Origin: an uncultured Alphaproteobacteria bacterium
GTDB lineage: Bacteria > Pseudomonadota > Alphaproteobacteria > Rhizobiales > Xanthobacteraceae
Assembly (NCBI GenBank): GCA_963805375.1
Contig: CAWDUB010000008.1
Coordinates: 368,069 to 432,068, forward strand
DNA: 64,000 bases
Direction of reading: 5' to 3'
Position numbers and translations under genes: made by a program
Part shown: positions 36,362 to 46,542 of the stretch, one piece after another
Position numbering within the stretch: position 1 is the stretch's first letter
How the letters are laid out: every line of letters starts with the position of its first letter
The notes under the pieces: model-generated
The model's input: only the letters and a program-made list of their open reading frames with translations
The model's database searches: none
What the model was told of the DNA's origin: nothing

Positions 36362-37915
36362 ATGTTCGACAGTCTGTCGGAAAAACTCGGTGGCATTCTC
36401 GATCGCCTGACGCGGCGCGGTGCGCTCACCGAAGCCGACGTCGACGCGGCGTTGCGCGAAGTGCGCCGTGCCCTGCTGGAAGCCGACGTCGCGCTCGACG
36501 TGGCGCGCGCCTTCACCGACGGCGTGAAAAAGCACGCGGTCGGCGTCGAGGTGATGAAGTCGGTCACGCCCGGCCAGATGGTCGTGAAGATCGTGCACGA
36601 CCAGTTGATCGAAACGCTGGGCGCGCAAGGCGAGAGCATCGACCTTGCCGCCGCGCCGCCGGTCGCCATCATGATGGTCGGCCTGCAGGGCTCCGGCAAA
36701 ACCACCACCACTGCCAAACTCGCGCGCCGGCTCGCCGAGCGGCAGAAGAAGAAAGTGTTGATGGCCTCGCTCGACGTGCGCCGCCCGGCGGCCATGGAGC
36801 AGTTGGCCGTGCTCGGCCGCGATGCCGAAATCGACACGCTGCCTGTGGTCGCGGGCCAGATGCCGGCGCAGATCGCCAAGCGCGCGCTCGAAGCCGGCCG
36901 CCTCGGCGGCTACGACGTGGTGCTGCTCGACACCGCCGGGCGCACCACGCTCGACGACGCCATGATGAGCGAAGCGGCAGACGTAAAAAAGGCCGCTAAT
37001 CCGCACGAGGTCTTGCTCGTTGCCGATGCGCTCACCGGCCAGGACGCGGTCAATCTCGCGCGTTCGTTCGACGAGCGCGTCGGCCTCACCGGCATTGTGC
37101 TTACCCGCGTCGACGGCGACGGCCGCGGCGGCGCCGCTTTGTCGATGCGCGCGGTCACCAGCAAGCCGATCAAGCTGATCGGCACCGGCGAGAAGCTCGA
37201 CGCGCTGGAGGAGTTCGATCCCTCGCGCATCGCCGGACGCATTCTCGGCATGGGCGACGTGGTGGCGCTGGTGGAGAAAGCCGCCGCCACCATCGACGCG
37301 GAAAAAGCCGCGCGCACCGCCGAGAAAATGCGCAAGGGCCAATTCGACCTTGGCGACATGCGCGAGCAGTTGACGCAAATGGCGGCCATGGGCGGCATCG
37401 GCGGCTTGATGGGCATGATGCCCGGCGTCGCCAAGATGAAGAACCAGATCGCCAATGCCGGCTTGGACGACGGCGTGCTCAAGCGCCAGATCGCCATCAT
37501 CGATTCGATGACGCCGCGGGAACGGCGCAATCCGGACGTCCTCAAGGCCAGCCGCAAAAGGCGCATCGCCGCCGGTTCCGGCACCAGCCCTGAGCAGATC
37601 AACAAGCTGCTGAAAATGCACCGCGGCATGGCCGACATGATGAAGGCCATGGGCTCGGGCAAACGCGGCGCGCTCGCCGGTCTCGGTCAAATGCTGGGCT
37701 TCGGCGGCGGGCCGACGCCGGAGCAGATGGCGGAGCTCGCCAAGAAAATGCCGGGCGGCCGGTTGCCGGCAAGCATGCCCGGCGCCGGCGGACTGCCGCC
37801 GAACATGCCGGGCAACATTCCAGGCTTGCCCAACCTGCCACCGAATTTCCCCGGTCTGCCGGGCGGAAAGTTTCCCGGATTGCCCGGCCTGCCCGGCTTG
37901 GGAAAGAAAAAATGA
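36362..37915 (+). CDS. ffh: Signal recognition particle protein
   Basis: MFDSLSEKL, GLQGSGKTTT, DTAGR, M domain SRKRRIAAGSG; Pro/Gly-rich tail. Confidence 0.98.
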   Translation: MFDSLSEKLGGILDRLTRRGALTEADVDAALREVRRALLEADVALDVARAFTDGVKKHAVGVEVMKSVTPGQMVVKIVHDQLIETLGAQGESIDLAAAPPVAIMMVGLQGSGKTTTTAKLARRLAERQKKKVLMASLDVRRPAAMEQLAVLGRDAEIDTLPVVAGQMPAQIAKRALEAGRLGGYDVVLLDTAGRTTLDDAMMSEAADVKKAANPHEVLLVADALTGQDAVNLARSFDERVGLTGIVLTRVDGDGRGGAALSMRAVTSKPIKLIGTGEKLDALEEFDPSRIAGRILGMGDVVALVEKAAATIDAEKAARTAEKMRKGQFDLGDMREQLTQMAAMGGIGGLMGMMPGVAKMKNQIANAGLDDGVLKRQIAIIDSMTPRERRNPDVLKASRKRRIAAGSGTSPEQINKLLKMHRGMADMMKAMGSGKRGALAGLGQMLGFGGGPTPEQMAELAKKMPGGRLPASMPGAGGLPPNMPGNIPGLPNLPPNFPGLPGGKFPGLPGLPGLGKKK

Positions 37916-37957
37916 AGCAACACCTCACAGCGATCTAGTCAGAAAGGAAAAACTCGA

Positions 37958-38371
37958 ATGTCTCTCGTCATCCGCATGGCCCGCGCCGGAACCAAGAAGC
38001 GGCCGTTCTATCACATCGTGCTCGCCAACTCGCGTTTCCCCCGCGACGGCCGCTTCATCGAGCGGCTCGGCTATTTCAATCCGCTGCTGCCGAAGGAAAA
38101 GACCGAGCGGTTGAAACTCGATCTCGACAAGGTGCAGGCCTGGATGAAGAAGGGCGCGCAGCCGTCCGACCGCGTGATGCGCTTCCTCGACGCCGCCGGC
38201 ATCGCCAAACGCGCCAAGCGCAGTAATCCGGTCAAGGCGATCCCGCGCAAGGAACGCAAGGCGCAGGCCGAGGAAGCGCTCAAGGCCAAGGAAGCCTCCG
38301 ATGCGGCGGCCAAGACGGCGGCGACCGCCAAAGCTGCCGCGGACAAGGCCGCGCAGCCGGCGGCGAGCTAA
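37958..38371 (+). CDS. rpsP: 30S ribosomal protein S16
   Basis: [29 protein letters not shown]. Confidence 0.98.
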   Translation: MSLVIRMARAGTKKRPFYHIVLANSRFPRDGRFIERLGYFNPLLPKEKTERLKLDLDKVQAWMKKGAQPSDRVMRFLDAAGIAKRAKRSNPVKAIPRKERKAQAEEALKAKEASDAAAKTAATAKAAADKAAQPAAS

Positions 38372-38386
38372 CGTTCGCCGCGCGCC

Positions 38387-38917
38387 GTGACCGAGCGCAT
38401 CCGCGTTGCGCGCATCGGGGCCGCGCACGGCGTTCGCGGCGAAGTGAGGCTATGGCCGTTCACGCAGGACCCGATGGCCGTCGCCAGTTACGGGCCGTTG
38501 CAAACGGAAGACGGCGCGCGGGCTTTCGAGATCGAAACTTTAAGGCCGGGGAAAAACTTTCTGGTGGCGCGCATCGCCGGCGTCACCGACCGCGACGCGG
38601 CTGCGAGCCTGTGCAATCTCGATTTGTTTGTGCCGCGCGACCGCCTGCCGCCAATCGAGGAAGCCGACACGTTCTATCATGCCGACCTGATCGGCTTGTC
38701 GGTTATGAGCGAAGACGGCGCGGTGCTCGGCACACTGTCGGCCATTCATAATTTCGGCGCCGGCGACGTGTTCGAAATCGCACCGGCGGGCGGCGGCGAT
38801 ACGCTGATGCTGCCGTTCACCGATGCCACGGTGCCGAAGATCGACGTGCAGGCAAAACAGATCGTGGTGGTTTTGCCCGAAGAAATTGTCGTCCCGGCCG
38901 AGCGCAGCGACCCATAA
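38387..38917 (+). CDS. rimM: Ribosome maturation factor
   Basis: IGAAHGVRGEV, FYHADLIGL, NFGAGD. Confidence 0.95.
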   Translation: MTERIRVARIGAAHGVRGEVRLWPFTQDPMAVASYGPLQTEDGARAFEIETLRPGKNFLVARIAGVTDRDAAASLCNLDLFVPRDRLPPIEEADTFYHADLIGLSVMSEDGAVLGTLSAIHNFGAGDVFEIAPAGGGDTLMLPFTDATVPKIDVQAKQIVVVLPEEIVVPAERSDP

Positions 38918-38977
38918 CCCCTGTGGTCAAGATGTGGACAGACCGGGGCTACGGGTCCCCGCCTTCGCGGGGACGAC
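38888..38977. repeat. Family B element overlapping the rimM 3' end
   Basis: gtcgtcccggccgagcgcagcgacccata ... tacgggtccccgccttcgcggggacgac. Confidence 0.8.
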
Positions 38978-38997
38978 AACGGAGAGGTTAGCGAGCT

Positions 38998-39717
38998 ATG
39001 TGGCGCGCAAGCGTATTGACGATTTTTCCGGAGATGTTTCCCGGCCCCTTGGCGGCAAGCCTCGCCGGCAAGGCGCTCGCGGCCGGCGTCTGGTCGCTCG
39101 ACACGCGTGACATCCGCGACGCAGCCACCGACAAGCACCGCACCGTCGACGACACGCCGGCCGGCGGCGGGCCCGGCATGGTGATGAAGGCCGATGTGCT
39201 GGCGCGCGCCCTCGACACGCTGCCGCACGACGCCCGCCCGCGGCTGCTGATGAGCCCGCGCGGCACGCCGTTGACGCAAGCGCGCGCAGTGGATCTGGCG
39301 GCGGGAGTTGGCGTCGTCATTGTCTGCGCCCGCTTCGAGGGCGTCGACGAACGGCTGATCAAGGCGCGGGCGCTGGAGGAAATCTCGCTCGGCGACTTCG
39401 TGCTCTCGGGCGGCGAAATCGCCGCCCTGGCGCTGATCGATGCCTGCGTGCGGCTCATTCCCGGCGTCATGGGCAAGGAAGCGTCCGCCGCCGAAGAAAG
39501 TTTCACCGACGGGCTGTTGGAATACCCGCAATACACCAGGCCGCCGCTGTTCGAGGGCGAGCCGATCCCCGAGATCCTTACCGCCGGCGACCACGGCAAG
39601 GTGGCCGCCTGGCGCCGGGCGGAAGCCGAGCGGCTGACGCGGGAGCGCCGGCCAGACTTATGGGCCGCTTATTTGGCCCGGCAGAAGGCCAAAAACGGGC
39701 CTCAATCCCGAGGGTGA
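38998..39717 (+). CDS. trmD: tRNA (guanine-N1)-methyltransferase
   Basis: [41 protein letters not shown]. Confidence 0.97.
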   Translation: MWRASVLTIFPEMFPGPLAASLAGKALAAGVWSLDTRDIRDAATDKHRTVDDTPAGGGPGMVMKADVLARALDTLPHDARPRLLMSPRGTPLTQARAVDLAAGVGVVIVCARFEGVDERLIKARALEEISLGDFVLSGGEIAALALIDACVRLIPGVMGKEASAAEESFTDGLLEYPQYTRPPLFEGEPIPEILTAGDHGKVAAWRRAEAERLTRERRPDLWAAYLARQKAKNGPQSRG

Positions 39718-39815
39718 CAACCGCCGATCTTTGTCGTAGAAGCTCGCCCGACCCATTCAGAACAGTGCAAAAGACCGCGCGCCGGATGCTGGCGCTGCCG
39801 CCGGAGATTGAAGCC

Positions 39816-40214
39816 ATGAACATCATCCAACAACTCGAAAAAGAGCAGGTGGAAAAACTCTCCGCCGGCAAGGACATTCCCGACTTCGCGCCGGGCGACA
39901 CCGTGCTGGTCAACGTCAAGGTGGTCGAGGGCGACAAGAGCCGCATCCAGGCCTACGAGGGCGTCTGCATCGGCCGCTCCGGCCGCGGGCTCAACGAGAA
40001 CTTCACCGTGCGCAAGATTTCCTACGGCGAAGGCGTCGAGCGCGTGTTCCCGCTCTACGCGCCGATGATCAACTCGATCAAGGTCGTGCGCCGCGGCAAG
40101 GTGCGCCGCGCCAAGCTCTATTACCTGCGCGGCCTGCGCGGCAAGAAGGCGCGCATTTCCGAAGCGCAAGGCGCGGGCGGCGAAGGCGAAGCCGCCGAGG
40201 CCAAGGCCGAATAG
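39816..40214 (+). CDS. rplS: 50S ribosomal protein L19
   Basis: [32 protein letters not shown]. Confidence 0.98.
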   Translation: MNIIQQLEKEQVEKLSAGKDIPDFAPGDTVLVNVKVVEGDKSRIQAYEGVCIGRSGRGLNENFTVRKISYGEGVERVFPLYAPMINSIKVVRRGKVRRAKLYYLRGLRGKKARISEAQGAGGEGEAAEAKAE

Positions 40215-40232
40215 GCGGCCGTTTCCGCTTCA

Positions 40233-40261
40233 TTGTCCAACCCGGCGCAATTGGCTATATA
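40233..40261 (+). promoter_or_regulatory. Sigma70-like promoter upstream of leuC
   Basis: TTGTCC-N17-TATATA. Confidence 0.55.
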
Positions 40262-40267
40262 GCGCCC

Positions 40268-40366
40268 ATGGTTTCCGAGGCTCAGCGCATCATTCTTGCC
40301 GATCACGTGCGGCTGCCGTGGCGCTTCTTCGGCCGGTTGGCTGTTTGCGCGCAAGCGGCGCTTTGA
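40268..40366 (+). CDS. Candidate 32-aa leaderless leader peptide of leuC
   Basis: [32 protein letters not shown]; ATG 6 nt after the -10 box. Confidence 0.45.
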   Translation: MVSEAQRIILADHVRLPWRFFGRLAVCAQAAL

Positions 40367-40439
40367 TGGCTTGACCGGCGTGGTGCCGGTTCGCGCGCAA
40401 TCCATATTTCGCCATCCGTCAAGCCAAGGCCTCCGAGTC

Positions 40440-41846
40440 ATGAAACCGCGTACGCTCTACGACAAAATCTGGAACGACCATCTGGTTGACGAGCAGCCGG
40501 ACGGAACCTGCCTGCTCTATATCGACCGCCATCTGGTGCACGAGGTGACTTCGCCGCAAGCCTTCGAAGGCTTGCGCAACGCCGGACGCAAGGTGCATGC
40601 ACCGGAAAAGACGCTCGCCGTGGTCGACCACAACGTGCCGACGCACGACCGGCGCACAACGCCCAATCCCGATCCGGAAAGCATCACGCAGATCGCGGCG
40701 CTGGCGCAGAACGCCAAGGACTTCGGCATCGAGTATTTCGACGAGTTCGACAAGCGCCAGGGCATCGTCCACATCATCGGGCCCGAGCAGGGCTTCACCC
40801 TGCCCGGCACCACGATCGTGTGCGGTGACAGTCATACCGCCACGCACGGCGCCTTCGGTGCGCTGGCCTACGGCATCGGCACCTCGGAAGTCGAGCACGT
40901 GCTGGCGACGCAGACGCTGATCCAATCGAAATCCAAGAACATGCGCGCGCTGGTCGAGGGCAAATTGCCGGAAGGCGTCACCGCCAAGGACATCATCCTT
41001 GCCATCATCGGCGAGATCGGCACCGCCGGCGGCACCGGCTATGCGCTGGAATATGCCGGCGATGCAATCCGCGCGCTGTCGATGGAAGGGCGCATGACCG
41101 TCTGCAACATGTCGGTCGAAGGCGGCGCCAAGGCCGGCTTCATCGCGCCCGACGAGAAGACCTACGAATACCTCAAGGACAAGCCGAAAGCGCCCAAGGG
41201 CAAAGCCTGGGACCAGGCCATGCGCTATTGGGAGACGCTTCATTCCGACGACGGCGCCCATTTCGATCACGAGATCAGGCTGCACGCCGCCGAGTTGCCG
41301 CCGCTGGTGACCTGGGGCACCAGCCCCGAGCAGGTCGCTTCGATCGGCGGCCGCGTACCGATCGCCACGGACATCCGCGACGAGCACAAGCGCCATGCCG
41401 CCGAGCGCTCGCTCGCTTATATGGGCCTGCAAGGCGGCGAGAAAATCACCGACATCAAGCTCGATCGCGTGTTCATCGGCTCCTGCACCAATGCGCGCAT
41501 CGAGGATTTGCGCGAGGTGGCGCGCGTCGTGAACGGCAAGAGCGTCAACGCCAATGTCAGCGCCATGATCGTGCCGGGCTCCGGGCTGGTGAAGGAGCAG
41601 GCGGAAGCCGAAGGCCTCGACAAGATATTCAAGGCCGCCGGCTTCGATTGGCGCGAGCCGGGCTGCTCGATGTGTCTCGCCATGAACCCGGACAAGCTGG
41701 CACCCGGCGAGCGCTGCGCCTCCACCTCCAACCGCAACTTCGAAGGCCGCCAAGGCTACAAGGGCCGCACCCACCTGGTATCGCCCGTTATGGCCGCCGC
41801 TGCAGCCATTGCCGGCCACTTCGTCGACGTGCGCGAGTGGAAGTAG
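40440..41846 (+). CDS. leuC: 3-isopropylmalate dehydratase large subunit
   Basis: [30 protein letters not shown]. Confidence 0.98.
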   Translation: MKPRTLYDKIWNDHLVDEQPDGTCLLYIDRHLVHEVTSPQAFEGLRNAGRKVHAPEKTLAVVDHNVPTHDRRTTPNPDPESITQIAALAQNAKDFGIEYFDEFDKRQGIVHIIGPEQGFTLPGTTIVCGDSHTATHGAFGALAYGIGTSEVEHVLATQTLIQSKSKNMRALVEGKLPEGVTAKDIILAIIGEIGTAGGTGYALEYAGDAIRALSMEGRMTVCNMSVEGGAKAGFIAPDEKTYEYLKDKPKAPKGKAWDQAMRYWETLHSDDGAHFDHEIRLHAAELPPLVTWGTSPEQVASIGGRVPIATDIRDEHKRHAAERSLAYMGLQGGEKITDIKLDRVFIGSCTNARIEDLREVARVVNGKSVNANVSAMIVPGSGLVKEQAEAEGLDKIFKAAGFDWREPGCSMCLAMNPDKLAPGERCASTSNRNFEGRQGYKGRTHLVSPVMAAAAAIAGHFVDVREWK

Positions 41847-41905
41847 CCGCAAATCACCGCGGCTGCTAGCCTGCCGGCCTATGCCTTCACTTCGGGAGCG
41901 GCGAG

Positions 41906-42718
41906 ATGGCGGCAGGCGACAAGCTGTTCGCGGGATCGATCCCTCAGCTTTACGATCAATACCTCGTTCCTCTCATCTTCGAACCCTATGCCGCAGATCT
42001 CGCCGAGCGATTGGCGAAAGCCGGCGCGCGGAATGTTTTGGAAACAGCCGCCGGAACCGGCGTTCTCACCCGTGCGATCGCCGCGCGGCTTCCGGCCGGC
42101 GCTCGCATTGTCGCAACCGATCTCAATCAACCGATGCTGGATCATGCGGCGGCACGTCAGCCCGATGCCAACCGGATCGTATGGCGACAGGCCGACGCTT
42201 TAGCGTTGCCATTCGACGATCAAAGCTTCGATGCGATCGTCTGTCAGTTCGGTGCGATGTTTTTCCCCGACAAGATTGAGGGCTATAGGGAGGCGCGCCG
42301 CGTATTGAAGCCGGGCGGCCATTTTTTCTTCAACGTATGGGATAGAATTTCAGAAAACGAATTCGCCGACGTCGTCGCCGAGGCACTCGCCGCCGTCTTT
42401 CCGCAAGATCCGCCTCGTTTCATGGCACGCATTCCGCACGGCTACCATGACACGGCCAAAATCCGTGACGAATTGACAGCCGCGGATTTTAGCAAGGTTT
42501 CGATCGAGGCCGTGGAGCATCGCAGCAAGGCCCCCTCGCCGCGAGACGTTGCGATTGCTTATTGCCAGGGCACTCCGTGGAGGAACGAAATTGAAGCTCG
42601 CGACGCCTCCCGCATGCAAGAGGCAACGGAGCGCTCGACCGAAGCTCTGGCGCGGCGATTTGGCGATGGCGCCGTCGACGGCCGAATCCGCGCCTTCGCG
42701 ATCACCGCAGTTCGTTGA
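41906..42718 (+). CDS. Class I SAM-dependent methyltransferase
   Basis: VLETAAGTG, DLNQPML, ADALALPF, CQFGAMFFPD. Confidence 0.88.
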   Translation: MAAGDKLFAGSIPQLYDQYLVPLIFEPYAADLAERLAKAGARNVLETAAGTGVLTRAIAARLPAGARIVATDLNQPMLDHAAARQPDANRIVWRQADALALPFDDQSFDAIVCQFGAMFFPDKIEGYREARRVLKPGGHFFFNVWDRISENEFADVVAEALAAVFPQDPPRFMARIPHGYHDTAKIRDELTAADFSKVSIEAVEHRSKAPSPRDVAIAYCQGTPWRNEIEARDASRMQEATERSTEALARRFGDGAVDGRIRAFAITAVR

Positions 42719-42734
42719 CGCGAGCGCCGCGTAC

Positions 42735-43019
42735 TCAACGCCACCAGCAGCGTTGTTGCGGCGTGATCACCGTCCCGCTGACCCGGTATTCCTTCGCCAG
42801 CCAAAATTGGCAATAACGTTTGGCGTTGGGGCCGAGGTAGCGATGGCGCGGATAAACGGTGATGCGCGGCCGCGATCGCGCGGCAAGCTCGCTGCTCGTC
42901 CCGGCGGCGGCCTTGTTTGCATCGCGCGCCTGAGCCGGCGTTGCGAGAAGGCCATCGACGCCAAAGGTCGCCGCCAGCAGCGCGCAAAAAATCCAATATT
43001 TCGCTACGGTCCCCGGCAT
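42735..43019 (-). CDS. Small secreted basic protein
   Basis: Signal peptide ending PAQA; two Cys in mature part; C-terminus RCWWR. Confidence 0.6.
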   Translation of the reverse strand: MPGTVAKYWIFCALLAATFGVDGLLATPAQARDANKAAAGTSSELAARSRPRITVYPRHRYLGPNAKRYCQFWLAKEYRVSGTVITPQQRCWWR

Positions 43020-43110
43020 AATGGCGCCCAAATCCCAATGGCTAACGCTCGCGCATTCCACCTTCGCCGTCAACAGTCCAATGCCCGAACGGCGCTCGTA
43101 GAGCTTTGAT

Positions 43111-43536
43111 ATGAGTGGCAAATTCGAAAACGCCCGGCCCTGGCACACGGCCGCGGCGCCGTCACTGGCGGAGTTCGAGCAACTGGCCGCCAATGCCTAT
43201 GCGCGGCTGCCGGACGAATTCCGCAAACTGTGCGAGGACCTGATTATCCGCGTGGACGATTTTCCGTCCGCCGAAGTCATGGACGCGATGCACGTCGACA
43301 GCGAATTCGACCTGCTCGGCCTGTTCCAGGGGGTCGGCCTGCCGTTCCAGTCGGCAACCATGCCGCAGCTGATGCCCAACATGATCTGGCTCTACCGCCG
43401 GCCGATCTTGGACTACTGGGCCGAGCACAGCGATAACTTGGGTGCCATCGTAACCCACGTGCTGGTGCACGAGATCGGCCACCATTTCGGGCTGTCGGAC
43501 GATGACATGGCGGCCATCGAAGCGAGCGCCGGCTGA
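43111..43536 (+). CDS. Zincin-like minimal metallopeptidase
   Basis: LYRRPILDYW, HEIGHHFG. Confidence 0.87.
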   Translation: MSGKFENARPWHTAAAPSLAEFEQLAANAYARLPDEFRKLCEDLIIRVDDFPSAEVMDAMHVDSEFDLLGLFQGVGLPFQSATMPQLMPNMIWLYRRPILDYWAEHSDNLGAIVTHVLVHEIGHHFGLSDDDMAAIEASAG

Positions 43537-43644
43537 CCGTGCCATCAACGCCGGCGATGGATGTCATCGCAAAGCGACATTTGACGGTCGGCGCGCTTCG
43601 GAACATAGAGTCGAGCATGCAAAGTTCGGGTTTGGAGAGACATC

Positions 43645-43968
43645 ATGATTGTCACCGTTTTCCGCTCCCGCTTGATGCCGGGCCTGCGCGACGAATATGT
43701 GGCGCTGGTCGATCGCATGGCCGAGCTCGCGGCCTCCATGCCGGGTTACATTTCGCATAAAGGTTTCTTCGCCGAAGACGGCGAGCGTTGCACCATCGTC
43801 GAATTCGAGTCGGAAGAAGCGCAACGCGCCTGGCGGATGCATCCCGAGCACCGCGATGCACAAAAGATGGGGCGCGACACCTACTATTCGGCCTACAGCC
43901 TGCAGATCTGCGAGCTTAAGCGGGAGTCGAAATTCGAGCGCGACGCAAGCGGCGCGGCGGCAGAATGA
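43645..43968 (+). CDS. Antibiotic biosynthesis monooxygenase family protein
   Basis: MPGYIS, AWRMHPEHRDAQKMGR..YY. Confidence 0.8.
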   Translation: MIVTVFRSRLMPGLRDEYVALVDRMAELAASMPGYISHKGFFAEDGERCTIVEFESEEAQRAWRMHPEHRDAQKMGRDTYYSAYSLQICELKRESKFERDASGAAAE

Positions 43969-43997
43969 AATCTGCCCGAGCGCGAACCGGTTGAGGG

Positions 43998-44906
43998 CTA
44001 CGCGTCCTGTGCGGTCCGCTTGACCAGTTCGAGAAACTGCCGGACCGCTGCCGACCGCTCGCCGCGGCGCGACGCGAGATAGAGCGGCGCTTTCGGCTGC
44101 CCCGCACCGGCGAGGCGGCGGAACGCCACGCCGTCCATCCGCACGCACTGCAGCGATTCCGGCACCAGCGAAATGCCGAGCCCGGCGGCAACGAGGCTCA
44201 GGGTCGACACGATCCGCGGCGTCTCCTGTCCGATACGCGGACTGAAGCCGGCGGCGGCGCAGGCCGCCAAGATCGCATCGTAAAGCCCCGGACCGCTCGG
44301 ACGCCGATAGAGGATGAACGTCTCATTCGCCAGCGCCTTCATCGGCACGGGCTCGCCCGCTTTTGTCCGCCGCGCGAGACTCTGCGCCTGCGGCAGCGCC
44401 AGCACCATCGCCTCGTGCAGCAGCGGCGCGACGACGAGCCCCTCTTGTTTCGGAATCGCCATGCGCACGAATGCCGCGTCGATCCGTTCTTCACGCAAGT
44501 CGTCGATCAGCTCGGTCGTGCCGCTTTCTTCCAATGTGAGCGAGACCAGCGGGAACGCCTCGCGGTAGGCGCGGACGATGCGCGGCACAAACGGATGAAA
44601 CGGCGCGGAGCTGGTGAATCCGACGCAAACCCGCCCCTGCTCGCCGCGCGCGGTGCGCTTGGTGGCGGCGAAGGCGTGATCGATGTGGGACAGAATCGCG
44701 CGGGCGTCGGCGAGCAGGGCGGCGCCGGCGTCGGTCAATTCGACACCGCGCGGCTTGCGGTGGAACAGCTGGACGTCGAGCTCGCGTTCCAGCGCGCGGA
44801 TCTGCTGGCTGAGCGGCGGCTGCTGCATGCCGAGCCGTTCCGCCGCCCGGGTGACGTGCTTTTCCTCGGCGACGGCGATGAAGTAACGCAGGTGTCGCAG
44901 CTCCAT
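43998..44906 (-). CDS. LysR family transcriptional regulator
   Basis: MELRHLRYFIAVAEE..TRAAERLGMQQPPLSQQI. Confidence 0.95.
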   Translation of the reverse strand: MELRHLRYFIAVAEEKHVTRAAERLGMQQPPLSQQIRALERELDVQLFHRKPRGVELTDAGAALLADARAILSHIDHAFAATKRTARGEQGRVCVGFTSSAPFHPFVPRIVRAYREAFPLVSLTLEESGTTELIDDLREERIDAAFVRMAIPKQEGLVVAPLLHEAMVLALPQAQSLARRTKAGEPVPMKALANETFILYRRPSGPGLYDAILAACAAAGFSPRIGQETPRIVSTLSLVAAGLGISLVPESLQCVRMDGVAFRRLAGAGQPKAPLYLASRRGERSAAVRQFLELVKRTAQDA

Positions 44907-45089
44907 CCGCCATATCCATTAAGTATCGATATTAGGGTTCCGATATTATAGGGCCCGGCGGCTGGAACGCGCTAGTCTCCACCTCGACGATAGACGGGAC
45001 GTCCGCGCCGGGCCCGGCCCGACGGGACGGCTTGTCGCCACCACGGCTTCGCGTTAAAGAACGCGCCGCCAACAAAGAGGCGAAGCGAT

Positions 45090-45695
45090 ATGGAAAAGTT
45101 CACCACCTTGGAAGGCGTCGCCGCGCCGTTGCGGATCATCAATGTCGACACCGACATGGTCATCCCCAAGCAGTATCTGAAAACCATCAAGCGCACCGGA
45201 CTGGGCAAGGGCCTGTTCGCCGAGATGCGCTACAAGGACGATGGCGGCGAAAACCCCGACTTCGTGCTCAACAAGCCGGCCTATCGCAAGGCCAAGATTC
45301 TGGTCGCCGGCGACAATTTCGGCTGCGGCTCAAGCCGCGAGCACGCGCCCTGGGCGCTGATGGATTTCGGCATCCGCGCCGTGATCTCCACCTCGTTTGG
45401 CGACATTTTCTACAACAACTGCTTCAAGAACGGCGTGCTGCCGATCCGCGTAACCCCTGAGGACCTCGACAAGCTGTTCGACGACGCCGACCGCGGCGCC
45501 AACGCCACGCTCTCGATCGATCTGGAGAAACAGGAAATCCACGGGCCCGACGGCGGCGTGGTGCATTTCGAGATCGACGCTTTCCGCAAGCACTGCATGC
45601 TCAACGGCCTCGACGATATCGGCCTGACCAAGCAGAAGCAGAGCAAGATCGCGAACTACGAGGAAAGCGCACGCGCCGCGCGGCCCTGGGCGTAG
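45090..45695 (+). CDS. leuD: 3-isopropylmalate dehydratase small subunit
   Basis: [29 protein letters not shown]. Confidence 0.98.
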   Translation: MEKFTTLEGVAAPLRIINVDTDMVIPKQYLKTIKRTGLGKGLFAEMRYKDDGGENPDFVLNKPAYRKAKILVAGDNFGCGSSREHAPWALMDFGIRAVISTSFGDIFYNNCFKNGVLPIRVTPEDLDKLFDDADRGANATLSIDLEKQEIHGPDGGVVHFEIDAFRKHCMLNGLDDIGLTKQKQSKIANYEESARAARPWA

Positions 45696-45748
45696 GCACT
45701 GGTCGCTGACTCGACTTAGCCGCGGCGGGGGCGCATCGTCTCCGCGAG

Positions 45749-46406
45749 ATGTGCTTTTCTGCTACCGCGAGTTTCGTGGCCGCCGGCATTACCGGCGCCG
45801 TCGGCGTTGTCGCACTGAGTTCGAGCGCGTGAGCCGCGCGAATGGCCGTTGGCGGCTGTGCCGCTCTTCTTTGCGGCCCAACAGAGCATTGAAGGATTAC
45901 TCTGGCTGCAGTTGCCCGTGGCGCCCGACGGGGCCGTCACGACGTCCCTCACCTATCTCTATCTGTTGTTTGCCGAGGTCTTCTGGCCGGTCTACGCGCC
46001 GGCCGCTTGCCTGCTCATCGAGCCGGTCCGCGCGCGCCGGCTGGCGATACTGGCCTGCCTGATCGTCGGCCTCGTCGTGGCCGTTTATTACCTGTCGTCG
46101 ATCCTCACGCATCCGCACACGGCACGCATTCTCGGCGGTCATGTCGTCTATGTTACGGGAGGCAAGATTTCCTTCCCGATGGGCACGGCCTATTTGGTTG
46201 CGACCGGCCTCGCGATATTACTTTCATCGCACCGCGCGATGCTCACGCTTGGCGTCATTGTGGTGATCGGGGCCGTTGTCTCCTACACACTCTTTTGGCA
46301 ATCCTTCGTCTCGGTCTGGTGTTTCTTTGCCGCTACCGCGAGTATCGTCATCCTCATGCAGTTCGAGTGGGCGCACCGGCGGCATTTGCGTCCCCTCCGC
46401 GGCTAA
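45749..46406 (+). CDS. DUF6629-like membrane protein; apparent +1 frameshift at ~45820
   Basis: MCFSATASF start; QQSIEG, SVWCFFAA; deleting one T at 45820 joins it to ORF 45849..46406. Confidence 0.7.
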
Positions 46407-46542
46407 AAACGCCGTTGCTCCTGCTCGTCTGCGTCATTGGTGGCGTTCAAGCTTTGAGCGCAATTGCCATTGCGCGGCCTGCGCCTGTACGCTGCCGCAA
46501 TGAGTGACAACATGAAAAACGTCGGACCGGCGCGAGGTCCGC

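Noticed and set aside
37740-37915. Pro/Gly-rich repeat tail of Ffh
   Set aside because: Low-complexity tails are common in alphaproteobacterial Ffh; it is not a DNA repeat element.
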